Below, piece after piece: positions 27,646 through 37,294 of a stretch of DNA of 64,000 nt. A program made the translations under genes and the position numbers. Source of the stretch: a virus. The notes below the pieces were generated by a model. It was not told the origin of the DNA. It did no database searches and saw only the letters and a program-made list of their open reading frames with translations. Every line of letters begins with the position of its first letter. Within the stretch, counting starts at the first letter, position 1. Where the stretch lies: IMG/VR virus record IMGVR_UViG_3300009716_000001; one strand, given 5' to 3'.

Positions 27646-30600
27646 TTATCTTTTACAAGTACTAAATAAACTAGCCGCAGCATTTTTAGCTTCAGCGTTA
27701 TCAACGGTTTCAGCGTTGTTCAGAATCTCATTGGTTTCGTCAGCTGATCTTTCTTTTTCAGCTACAAGAGTTTCTGCTGATTCTTGTTTTTCCTCTGGAG
27801 TCGGTTCAGGTGTTTGTTCTACCATTTCTTTAAATTCACTGTTTTTAATCCATATGTAATTTTTAACTTCCTCTTTCGGCACTGGGATAACTCCCTCTTC
27901 ATTAATGCTTTCAGACCTTTTAACCCATTCCCCTTCAGGACTAAGTTTAAAGTTTTCCTTAAACATTTTGTATGGCATTAAAGATACAGTTTTACCATCA
28001 TTCTTCGACACAACAGCCACAGATTTTTTATCTGAAAGTATAACTACGGTACCCATCTGCAGAGTGTTGAAATCTAAATTCTCAGCAAGAGCTTTTACTT
28101 TATCTGTTAATTGGCGCATAGCAAATTCTGGAGTAAAGGGCTCTCCGAATTCTTTCTCGAAAGCATCTAGGTCACCCATCTGTAAGAAAGCTGCAGCATT
28201 ATTTTCCCATGCTTTTATCTCTTCAGCATTAGTGATTTCTGTATATTGTTCCATAAGAGCTTTTGGAGTAATAACTTCCTGACCCTCTTTTACTTCTTCA
28301 ACTGGTTTAGCTTTAGCTTTGTTGGCATCAATCTTAGCTTTTTCCTTGGCTGCGATTTCTTCGTCCTGAATCTTCTTTAGTAAACTTTCTATCTCAGGCG
28401 TTTTTGCTTGGAAGATTGCTTGTTCACGTTCGCTAAGTGCTTTTGAACCAGCAGCACGATATTTATCCACAATTAACTTTAAAGTTAAGTCTGATACGGT
28501 ACCCGTGTTTACGAAATCTTGCCATTCGTCATTGCTGATTACCTCACGTTTTCCTTTAGTGGTTGTTGTGGTTGCTTTTCCTCCTGGAATACCTTTGTTC
28601 TCTTTTTCCATCTGAGCGTTAAACTCATTGATAGGGTGAAGAGTACTGCCGGATTTTAACATGAAGTCTTGGAAGTCCTCCCTGTTTGTGATTTCGTCAT
28701 CACTTAAATCCTTAACAGCCTCTTTATCCTTAGTCCACTTACGGTATCCGTCAGCTAGTTTAGCAATTAATTCAGCGTGCGGCTTAGAAGTTAAAGCAAG
28801 AGTTTTTATTTGACCAATTGGAGTAGATTGAGAAACCTTATCTCCAGCCTTTAAAACACCTTGAACTTTTTCTTGAGCTTTAGCTGTTGGGCGATTGTCA
28901 ATCTTAGCGGTAATAATGTGCATAGCCTCATCCAATAATGATGAACCTTTTTGCACACCAAAAATTCTTTGGATATATTTAGCCACTGATTTTAGGAACT
29001 CATTCCATAAGTTACTTGGCTTACCGGTACTTGTGTATGGAATACGACTAAGCATTCTTTGGAAAGTATCGTTTGTCAATGCCTCTGAAATAAACTCCGC
29101 CTCATTCTTTAATCCATATAAAGGCTTATCACCAAACTTAGCTTTTCCTTCAGGAGAAAGCTGATACGCCATCGCTGTGGATAACATCTTAGTAATAGCT
29201 TCTTTGAACTCTGGGTCAGTCTCAAGCCCTTCTACAGTTAATGCATGAAGTAACTCGTGCAAGATAACATGTTCAACCGGATGACCGTTTTGTCCCTTCT
29301 GATAATCTTCTGAAGAGTAACGAGCATCAACTATTGTTTCTTTAGTATCTGACTTATAAACACCAGGGCCTGAATAGTCAGCTGCAAAAGTAATTACCTG
29401 ACCAGGTTTTACTACTGCAAGCAATCGTCTTGCTAAAGCTTTTTCTCGGTTAGTAGCAAACTCACTGTCCACAATAGACTTTAAAACTTTCTCTACAGCT
29501 ACGGTTGACCTAACACTTGATGGATCAAATCCGAACTGCTTGGCAAGGTCTCTATAAGTTCTCCTGTCATCTTTCCCAACACCGCCAGCAGTTGGTCTGA
29601 ACTTGGGTCTTGCCGTTGCGTTATAGTTCTCCATAGAGCGAGACTCTTCATCACTACCCGCTTCTGGAGTAGCTTTATCCTTAACCATCTGTCCAGCTTC
29701 CTGTGCGTATTTATCAATGATATCAACAGCCTGCCTGTATTTAGGGTCAGACGTTGATAATAAACTTTTATCTGCAACATTGTAAAAATCGGTTACACTG
29801 AAGTTCTTCAGACGTTCTACTTCTTCTGGTAATACAAATAAACCTAAGTCAAATATTTCATTCAACATTTGGTTCTGTAAAGCCATAGCCTTGAACTTTT
29901 CTAAAGCCTTATTAAGGCGTTCAAGCTTCTGCTCACGCTGAGACTTCTGTATGTCTTTTTGAATTTCCTTGTAACGGTCAAACATGTTAGGGTCGCTAAA
30001 TTTATTAATAGCGTGAACCATTCTTTGTTTATCCGCATTTAAAGCCATGAAGTCTTTTAACAGACTAAAGCCTTTATTCATTTGTTCTGTGAACACAAAT
30101 CCATTCTTAGTCTTAGCCACATGACGTACGTACTTATCAAAGGTTTTATACATCTGTGCTACTAAGAAATCTGCATTCTTTTGAGTAGCGGCAATCTCTT
30201 CCGGTGTAGCTCCTGGCTTTCCTAAGTTTTTTAATTCAGCTGCATAGGTATGAGCGAATACTCTCCACTCTTTTAAGTGACGCATTGAATCGATTGCTTC
30301 TTTAGCTTTCTTTCTTTCCTCAGCTGTTCCTTTTGAGAACACTTTTATTTGGTCACCCAAGCTTTGCATATGTTTACTTAGAAGAACAGGGTCAACCAAT
30401 AAACTTATATCGGTACCAATAACATCTGCCAGAGGAGAACCTGCAGAAGATGTATTGAAGAAATTAGATAAAGCTCCGTTACCGGATAACTCATTACCCA
30501 TCTTAGCCATACGGTCTGCAATATTTGAGTAACTTTCGTTAGCAAATATCATATCAGACAAGGCTTGTTCGTGGGCCATGTATTTATCTAATTCATCTTT

Positions 30601-32850
30601 GTAAGCTTCTGGGTGTTTCTCTTTGTCAAACATCCACGGGTTATGTGGATTAGGACGTGACCTGTGGGCTTTATCATAAGCTCTTTGGTAACCTTGAGCA
30701 TTGTTCTTCAGACCTTGTAGCTTATTACGAACATCTTCAGCTGTCATATTTGAACCATCCGATTTTGTTGGCTGGTTATATGCATTAAGAAGGTCTTCAT
30801 CAGAAAGCTTCATCATGTCATCAACATGTTCAGTTATCAGACCCATGTTACCGGTTCTAGCTAAAATGTCAAAGTGATTTAACTGCATTTCATTTTGCAT
30901 ATCGCGGGCAGTCTTCTCGTCCCCTTCTTTTGCTTTAGCACGTTTAGCTTCAGCTGCAGCTTTAATTCCAGCAGCAACATCCGCACGGTGACCACCGTAA
31001 ATTAAACCATTATCTAATACAAAGTTGGCTGCATTTAAGATGTCATTATCTGTTTCCTCAGCTTGCTTTTTAGCCTTAGCTGATTCAGATTCTGCACCCC
31101 ACTCTTGACCATACTTTCCTTTAGTAGCCATGTTAGCTAAAGCTGAAGCACCTCTACCTGCAGGACTTGCAATAGATTTCATACCTTTTCCACCAGCTTG
31201 GATTAAAGAACCCATCATGTAACCAGAAAGGAATGTTTCCAAACCTTGTCCAGAAAACTGAGCAGAAGTTCCTTTACCAATTGAAGCCAAGGTACCGTAG
31301 AAACCTAACTGAGATGGATCAGAGTGTACCTTATCATAGTAATCATGAGCGGCAATCTTTATCGTTTCCTGTGCATTCTCCTGAAGAGCCTCACCTAGGT
31401 TACCAACAAAATATTTACGACTCCATGGAACGTATGCAGAAGTTAATAAGAAGTCTGCAACTTTCTTACCGGCTGATTTTTCAGAAGCGGTAAGAGCCGC
31501 TGTTGCACCTTCAACTCCAGCAGTCATACCTGCTTTAAAGTCTTTAGCTGCAGTACGCTTTAAGAATCTACCTGAACCCTCTAAGAAGCTTTCAGCAATC
31601 TTAGAACCAGGACGAACTCCTTCAAACAAGTCTTCAAATACAAGTTTGTTTGTAGCGTAAATTGTTATATCGTTTGCAAGTGTAACACTTGACTTTACTG
31701 ATTGAGCACGGTCATAAATTTCTTTAGCCTCATTGTTATCAGGCATGCGTCCGTGTTCATTGTAGAATTCATCCACTAATTTGTTTTGGTACTCTACAGC
31801 AGCTCCTTCTCCTTCAAGACGAGCTTCTGAATGTGCCACATTTAATTCGCGTAAGTCACGGTAGAAATTACCAAAGGTCTTTGAAACCTTTGCCATATTC
31901 CCTAGATTACTTACACCGTTAGTACCTTTAGCTAAGTGTGTAGTCCACTCCATACTTCTTTGAAATGGATTAGCCCATTTAGCAAAATCAGTAAGTTTCT
32001 CACCTGCTTTAGCTGCATTAAATACATCCTTAGCTTGTTCAGCATTCTTTAAAGTTTTAAGGAACGCGGAAGTTCCTTCCCAAGCTTTAACAAGGCGTCC
32101 GAATGCCATAGCATTACGAGCACCTCCTACAGCTGCTACTTCTGGTGTAGCTGCACCCATTGTTCCGAATTCTAGAGCGGCAAGAGCGGCATCTTCTAAT
32201 GCAAGTTCTCCAATGATACCTACTGTATATGCTGAGTTTAAACCGAAGTTAATAACACTACTACCAAATCCACCACGAGTAGAAGAACCGATAGCCATTC
32301 CCTTTTCCATTTCTTCATTGGCTGTTTCTTCACTACCCCAAATAGATTTGAATCCACTGAAAGCAAGATTGTCCCATTCACCACGCATACGGTTAAAGTC
32401 ATCCCACCAAGAACCTTTCTCATTATAAAGAGCATCATTATCTCTGTATGGAGAAAAGCCTAACTCATCAAACTTACCATGCTTGTAGTAACGTTCAAAG
32501 TTTTGATTTTTATATCCGGCACCGTAACTGTAAGCACGACCATATTTGAATTGGTCTTTTACAGCTTCGTCATTTCCTAAAGCTTGTACGGAAGCTTTCA
32601 CGAAGTCAAGCGTACCATTCTTCTGATTTACAGGTTTAGCTCCTGGAGCTGGGCCAGTATGATAGTCTCCTTGTAATTGAGTATTAACCTCAACGGCTTG
32701 AGGAAATCCACTTGGGATAACCGGAGTAATAACCGGAGGAGGAGTTTTAAGCAATGCAGTAGCATCACCAGCAGCTTGTATCTCGGGAAGCGCTGGGATG
32801 ATTGGTGCTGATACTAAGCCGCTGCTGTTTGGGTTTGTTTCGTCTGCCAT
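27646..32850 (-). CDS. giant virion cargo-type protein (1734 aa) with HExxH zincin module
   Basis: HELLH lies at aa 1198-1202 (29245-29259) and NEAEFISEA 48 aa later. The N-terminal region is Gly/Ala-rich and hydrophobic. The C-terminus is acidic. Confidence 0.5.
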   Translation of the reverse strand: MADETNPNSSGLVSAPIIPALPEIQAAGDATALLKTPPPVITPVIPSGFPQAVEVNTQLQGDYHTGPAPGAKPVNQKNGTLDFVKASVQALGNDEAVKDQFKYGRAYSYGAGYKNQNFERYYKHGKFDELGFSPYRDNDALYNEKGSWWDDFNRMRGEWDNLAFSGFKSIWGSEETANEEMEKGMAIGSSTRGGFGSSVINFGLNSAYTVGIIGELALEDAALAALEFGTMGAATPEVAAVGGARNAMAFGRLVKAWEGTSAFLKTLKNAEQAKDVFNAAKAGEKLTDFAKWANPFQRSMEWTTHLAKGTNGVSNLGNMAKVSKTFGNFYRDLRELNVAHSEARLEGEGAAVEYQNKLVDEFYNEHGRMPDNNEAKEIYDRAQSVKSSVTLANDITIYATNKLVFEDLFEGVRPGSKIAESFLEGSGRFLKRTAAKDFKAGMTAGVEGATAALTASEKSAGKKVADFLLTSAYVPWSRKYFVGNLGEALQENAQETIKIAAHDYYDKVHSDPSQLGFYGTLASIGKGTSAQFSGQGLETFLSGYMMGSLIQAGGKGMKSIASPAGRGASALANMATKGKYGQEWGAESESAKAKKQAEETDNDILNAANFVLDNGLIYGGHRADVAAGIKAAAEAKRAKAKEGDEKTARDMQNEMQLNHFDILARTGNMGLITEHVDDMMKLSDEDLLNAYNQPTKSDGSNMTAEDVRNKLQGLKNNAQGYQRAYDKAHRSRPNPHNPWMFDKEKHPEAYKDELDKYMAHEQALSDMIFANESYSNIADRMAKMGNELSGNGALSNFFNTSSAGSPLADVIGTDISLLVDPVLLSKHMQSLGDQIKVFSKGTAEERKKAKEAIDSMRHLKEWRVFAHTYAAELKNLGKPGATPEEIAATQKNADFLVAQMYKTFDKYVRHVAKTKNGFVFTEQMNKGFSLLKDFMALNADKQRMVHAINKFSDPNMFDRYKEIQKDIQKSQREQKLERLNKALEKFKAMALQNQMLNEIFDLGLFVLPEEVERLKNFSVTDFYNVADKSLLSTSDPKYRQAVDIIDKYAQEAGQMVKDKATPEAGSDEESRSMENYNATARPKFRPTAGGVGKDDRRTYRDLAKQFGFDPSSVRSTVAVEKVLKSIVDSEFATNREKALARRLLAVVKPGQVITFAADYSGPGVYKSDTKETIVDARYSSEDYQKGQNGHPVEHVILHELLHALTVEGLETDPEFKEAITKMLSTAMAYQLSPEGKAKFGDKPLYGLKNEAEFISEALTNDTFQRMLSRIPYTSTGKPSNLWNEFLKSVAKYIQRIFGVQKGSSLLDEAMHIITAKIDNRPTAKAQEKVQGVLKAGDKVSQSTPIGQIKTLALTSKPHAELIAKLADGYRKWTKDKEAVKDLSDDEITNREDFQDFMLKSGSTLHPINEFNAQMEKENKGIPGGKATTTTTKGKREVISNDEWQDFVNTGTVSDLTLKLIVDKYRAAGSKALSEREQAIFQAKTPEIESLLKKIQDEEIAAKEKAKIDANKAKAKPVEEVKEGQEVITPKALMEQYTEITNAEEIKAWENNAAAFLQMGDLDAFEKEFGEPFTPEFAMRQLTDKVKALAENLDFNTLQMGTVVILSDKKSVAVVSKNDGKTVSLMPYKMFKENFKLSPEGEWVKRSESINEEGVIPVPKEEVKNYIWIKNSEFKEMVEQTPEPTPEEKQESAETLVAEKERSADETNEILNNAETVDNAEAKNAAASLFSTCKR

Positions 32851-32852
32851 AG

Positions 32853-35800
32853 TTATTTACCGAATAATGCTTGTTGAACGCTTTGTAGATACATTTCTGT
32901 AGGATCTGCTGAGTTTCCATTTGCAGAAGCCTGTAATTGATTTTGTATTTGTGGAAGTTCTCCAGGCTCGTGAATACGATTTGTTACTTTGCTTTCCTTG
33001 TAAGCTTTATTAGAAGCGGCAATCTCATTCATATACACGTTTAAATTGTTGTATAAGTTTTGACCACCTACATCACCATAATATGTTTTAGTAGCAGGAA
33101 CTAATTGCCATTTACCATTAGCGTCATAACCACCAACATTACCTATTACAGTGATACTACCGTCAGAGTTTCTCTTATTGATAGTAAGGTCTCCTGCATT
33201 TGGAATGCTGATTTTAACGTCATCATGATTAAGGATATAGTCATATGGTTGTTCTTTGAACGATTGCGTAAATGCATTCTTAGCAGTACGTTTATCTACA
33301 TACATAGATACACCTTCAGAAGCAAGACTCATATCATCCGCCCAGTTCACATTTTTATCACTCTTCTGATAACGTTGTAACCAACTTGTTGGCATTTTGA
33401 TTGTAGCACCGGCCATATTTTTATCACCTAAAGCTACATCCATGTACATGATTTGTCCTTGAATGTTTTCTTTTTCAGCCTTAGTAAGATTGCCCGTACG
33501 TAAGTCATGCATTAACTGGTCCATAGCTAATTTAGCATTTGTTCCAGTAGCCGTCATTGCCGCTTCACCTTCAGCTCTGTCACCATGATTACCAATAGTC
33601 CATATAGAACCTGGCTTTTGTGCATCTTGGTACATCGTGATTAAACCACGAGTTCCCAATGAAGCCGGACTTTCTGAGTTGAAGTTATAGATAACTCCAC
33701 CACCTGCAGAAGTACCTCCACCTAAGAAGTTGAAGTTTGATGAACCATGTGTAGAACGTACTACAGGAACAGGTTTTCCGTCGTTGTCTTTTCCAGCCAC
33801 GTTACCTTCATTGTAGAACTTGTTGTACTTATCGTTCATTTCTTCATAAGCATCCATTGCATCGCTTTCATCGTCTGAAGGATGAGCTCTTAAATAGTCT
33901 TTAGCAAACTGCTCAGGTGATTTAAGATTATTGTCAGATGTGAATAGGTTGTTCCAGTTCTCTAGTTCATCACCAGAAAGCTTAGTGTTACCCCAGCTCT
34001 TTACATTCTTGTTATTATCATACCATGCTTTGCTAGTTGCTGCTAACACTTTCATGTTAGTATCGTAATGTTCTTGAAGTTTCTTTCCTTCTCCATCAAG
34101 ATAACTTGCATGAGTTGGAATACTTCTATTTAATTTAGCTTGTTGTTGAGCCCGGTCATAAGCTGATTTCCAATCATAACTTCCTGAAATACCTTGGGCT
34201 GTTCCATGTGTATTTCCTTGTTGGTCAACAAACACTCCTTTTTCAGCATCAAATCCAGCACGTTTGTAAGTACCATCAGGGTTCTTTTCAGCTTTACCAA
34301 ACATAGTTTGTAGTGTACTAACCGCTACATTTTTATCATCTGCCCCCGCTTTAGAATCTTGAAGAATACCTAATAACGTGTTTGCATAACCATTGGTGAA
34401 TGCATTAGCACTAGCTTGTGCCGAAGATGCTTCTTGTATAACTTGACTACGTGCATCTTGTGCTTCATTATCACCTGCAATTGCAGTAGTTCCTTTAACA
34501 CCATCCACATATACACCTTGATTATCTGGCTCAACTGCTGAACCACGTTTCTTGTATTCAAGTAAAGCCTTTTGCTTATTAAGGTCGTATAAGTGATTTC
34601 TCATGGAGTTTCTATCCATAAGGTCATATTGTGTTTTCATCTTAGCCATGTCAAGAGAGAACTCATAATGTTTCATGGCATAAGGATCAGCTGTCATGCT
34701 TACTGAACCAGTCATAGCAGCTGCACGAACAGCAGCTTCTGAAAGTTCTTTATTCATCAAGCTTCTTCCAAATAATTGGTCAGCACGATTACGACGCATT
34801 GCACGATTCTCACCAGCTTCAAATACAGACTTTGCAATATTGTGAGTTTCCTCAGCATCTTTTAAAACACCTTTAGAAGCGGCTAAGTCTACAGCAGATG
34901 CTATATAATCTTTAGCTAAGTGGTCGTCACCGGTTGAACCGTTTTTCTTAATCTGGTTTGCTAAGACATTGTTACGAGCACGGATAGCATTCGATTGCTC
35001 CTGAGCACTTATTAAGTTAGATTGAGCTTTTTGAAACTCAACATCTAATTGTCTGAAGTATGCATCTTCAGCAGCATCAGCGTCTCCACCGAATGCAGCA
35101 AGATTCCCAGCTATAAAACCTTTACGGTTTACATAAGCCTGGGTGTTGTACATATCAATAATGTTTTGGTCTTTACTATATTGAGCTTGAATCAACTGTT
35201 GTAAAGGAATAGATAGGTTAGCACCATTCTTTGTCTTTACTTGATAACGACCATCAGGAGAGAAAGAGATACTCTCAACTCCGAATCCACCATCACCACC
35301 TTTTCCAAGTAAGTCTTTCAGATAGTTAATAGTCTTTTCTTGTACATTAATCTGAGGTACAAAACGTCCAGGTTGCATAGTCATTGACTCTTGCTTACTA
35401 GCATTCTTGAACTCATCAGCTCTGTAATGTAAGGCTTGCATACCGGTATCCCAATACTTACCACCACATTTTTCCTGGTCAATACAATTACGGAAAGACT
35501 CTCCAATCTGCATTTGTTTTTGATACTCTTTAGTAAAGGTCATATCCTTTACTAAGTCTTTGTTTTGAAAGAAAGAGTCAAACACTTTATTAGCAGAATC
35601 TACATTCTGTTGCAAAGACAAATCCATTCCTGAGATGCGCTTAATGTCATCATCAATCATTTTGAAGAACTCATTTCTTTTTTGAATGTTGTCTTCACGC
35701 AGCATGTCAGAATTAAGCAAGGTACCATAGGCCTGGCTTAATTGCTTGTAGTTTTGATCATACTGAGATTGCTTCGTTTGAAGCATATTCCCCAAGAAAT

Positions 35801-35867
35801 TATAGTCCGGTTGAAACGGCTGTGCTTGAGGAATGTAGTCTATTATGCCTGGAATATATGTTGCCAT
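32853..35867 (-). CDS. large virion-associated protein, function unknown (1004 aa)
   Basis: Uninterrupted ORF whose stop lies 2 nt before the start of the next gene. It is the first gene after the 60-nt AT-rich palindromic gap. Confidence 0.45.
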   Translation of the reverse strand: MATYIPGIIDYIPQAQPFQPDYNFLGNMLQTKQSQYDQNYKQLSQAYGTLLNSDMLREDNIQKRNEFFKMIDDDIKRISGMDLSLQQNVDSANKVFDSFFQNKDLVKDMTFTKEYQKQMQIGESFRNCIDQEKCGGKYWDTGMQALHYRADEFKNASKQESMTMQPGRFVPQINVQEKTINYLKDLLGKGGDGGFGVESISFSPDGRYQVKTKNGANLSIPLQQLIQAQYSKDQNIIDMYNTQAYVNRKGFIAGNLAAFGGDADAAEDAYFRQLDVEFQKAQSNLISAQEQSNAIRARNNVLANQIKKNGSTGDDHLAKDYIASAVDLAASKGVLKDAEETHNIAKSVFEAGENRAMRRNRADQLFGRSLMNKELSEAAVRAAAMTGSVSMTADPYAMKHYEFSLDMAKMKTQYDLMDRNSMRNHLYDLNKQKALLEYKKRGSAVEPDNQGVYVDGVKGTTAIAGDNEAQDARSQVIQEASSAQASANAFTNGYANTLLGILQDSKAGADDKNVAVSTLQTMFGKAEKNPDGTYKRAGFDAEKGVFVDQQGNTHGTAQGISGSYDWKSAYDRAQQQAKLNRSIPTHASYLDGEGKKLQEHYDTNMKVLAATSKAWYDNNKNVKSWGNTKLSGDELENWNNLFTSDNNLKSPEQFAKDYLRAHPSDDESDAMDAYEEMNDKYNKFYNEGNVAGKDNDGKPVPVVRSTHGSSNFNFLGGGTSAGGGVIYNFNSESPASLGTRGLITMYQDAQKPGSIWTIGNHGDRAEGEAAMTATGTNAKLAMDQLMHDLRTGNLTKAEKENIQGQIMYMDVALGDKNMAGATIKMPTSWLQRYQKSDKNVNWADDMSLASEGVSMYVDKRTAKNAFTQSFKEQPYDYILNHDDVKISIPNAGDLTINKRNSDGSITVIGNVGGYDANGKWQLVPATKTYYGDVGGQNLYNNLNVYMNEIAASNKAYKESKVTNRIHEPGELPQIQNQLQASANGNSADPTEMYLQSVQQALFGK

Positions 35868-35898
35868 CTTGTGCTGTAAATGTATTAAAAAAATCTGT

Positions 35899-35929
35899 AA
35901 AGTTTAATAAACTTTTAAAGTTTAAACTT
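35899..35929 (-). promoter_or_regulatory. AT-rich alternating inverted repeats AAAGTTT/AAACTTT (candidate internal promoter/operator or RNA processing site)
   Basis: AAAGTTT(35899-35905) AAT AAACTTT(35909-35915) T AAAGTTT(35917-35923) AAACTT(35924-35929). A related copy lies at 49344-49363. Confidence 0.3.
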
Positions 35930-37292
35930 ATCCGTTATAACCTGAAACGGGTACTTGCTGATTAGGGATGTATCTGTTTTTTGCATACTGAGCCATGTAA
36001 TCATCTTGGATACCTGCATCTAATTTAGTCATCTCCCACAACTGCTTTAATCCTTCAGGAGTATTTGCTAGAGTAGGATTGTCCTTAACCATTTGCTTAT
36101 AACGTTCTGAAACAGGTGTTGGAGCCTGACCTGGTTTAAGGTCACGACCGTCGTGGAAGAATAAAGTTCCACCATCTCCTGGATTGATTGCGTACTGAGG
36201 ATACATTTGATTCAGGTTATAAGTGTTAGCTCTATTAGTTACAGCTTGTACTGCTGTATTGAATAATGCATCACCTGCCATTCTCTTAGCATTATCAAAG
36301 TTCTGGCGAGTTGCCTGATACTTATCCCATAATGAGGTAGCATGTGCAAGATTTTCCTTGGTCTCCTGATTACGGATACCTGTATTGAATTGCTCAAACT
36401 GATTGGCAATGTTTATATTTTGGTTATGTACTCCTGCAATAGTATTTGCGGCATTAGCAAAACCTTTACCGGTTATTTCATTTGCACGAGCATTGAATGC
36501 TTGTGGTCCACTAAATTGAGCAAGTTGCCCTAACTGCATATTCATTTGAGATTGGTTCTCAGCTAATGCTCTTTCAGGAGAAAGGAACGCAGGACGAGCT
36601 TGGTCATAATGAGCCATTGGTTCCCACGGATAGTAAGGACGAATATTCAAATAATTAAGTCCGGCATTAAGTGCCTTCAATTTATCTTGTAACCACCATG
36701 CAGGTGCAACTGGTGGAAGCTTTCTTTCTTTTTCAGGTTCTCCATGACTCACAACAATTTCATCAGGACCAGCTGGACCTTCTGGTTTTTTATCGTCAGC
36801 TAATGGAGGTGTATCTGCCAACTTAGGTTCTACAGCCTTAGGTTTCATCTTTTCAAGTTCTTCCATATACTGTTTGGTTCTACGACCAAATAAGCCGTCT
36901 TCATTACCAGTCAAGTCTGCTTTTGATCTACCGGTTTTTTCAGCCCAAGTAGTTTTCTTAGTATCACTTGCTATAATTCTTCTTGCTTCTTCTGGAAGCA
37001 ATTCATGGTAGCGTCTTTGGAACTTCAAGGTTTCTTCATTAACCTTGCCTGGATTTTTAGCTTGAGCTGCCTCAGCTTTTTTATACAAATCCATAAGTTC
37101 GTTATAAGCGGTTTCATCTACTACCTTACTAGGTTTAGCTTCTGCAGCTTTACGAACCGCTTCTAATTCTTCTGGTGTAGCATTTACTACTACCTTGCTA
37201 GTTGTTTTGCCAGGCACTCCAACCGACTTTGTTTGAGAAGTTGACGCTTCTTTGGTTCCTCTATGCTTTTTTAATAAATCTCCTGCTCCCAT
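35928..37292 (-). CDS. virion-associated protein, function unknown (454 aa), Lys/Ala/Glu/Pro-rich N-terminal half
   Basis: ORF tightly packed in the operon. No catalytic motif recognised. Confidence 0.45.
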   Translation of the reverse strand: MGAGDLLKKHRGTKEASTSQTKSVGVPGKTTSKVVVNATPEELEAVRKAAEAKPSKVVDETAYNELMDLYKKAEAAQAKNPGKVNEETLKFQRRYHELLPEEARRIIASDTKKTTWAEKTGRSKADLTGNEDGLFGRRTKQYMEELEKMKPKAVEPKLADTPPLADDKKPEGPAGPDEIVVSHGEPEKERKLPPVAPAWWLQDKLKALNAGLNYLNIRPYYPWEPMAHYDQARPAFLSPERALAENQSQMNMQLGQLAQFSGPQAFNARANEITGKGFANAANTIAGVHNQNINIANQFEQFNTGIRNQETKENLAHATSLWDKYQATRQNFDNAKRMAGDALFNTAVQAVTNRANTYNLNQMYPQYAINPGDGGTLFFHDGRDLKPGQAPTPVSERYKQMVKDNPTLANTPEGLKQLWEMTKLDAGIQDDYMAQYAKNRYIPNQQVPVSGYNG

Positions 37293-37294
37293 GA

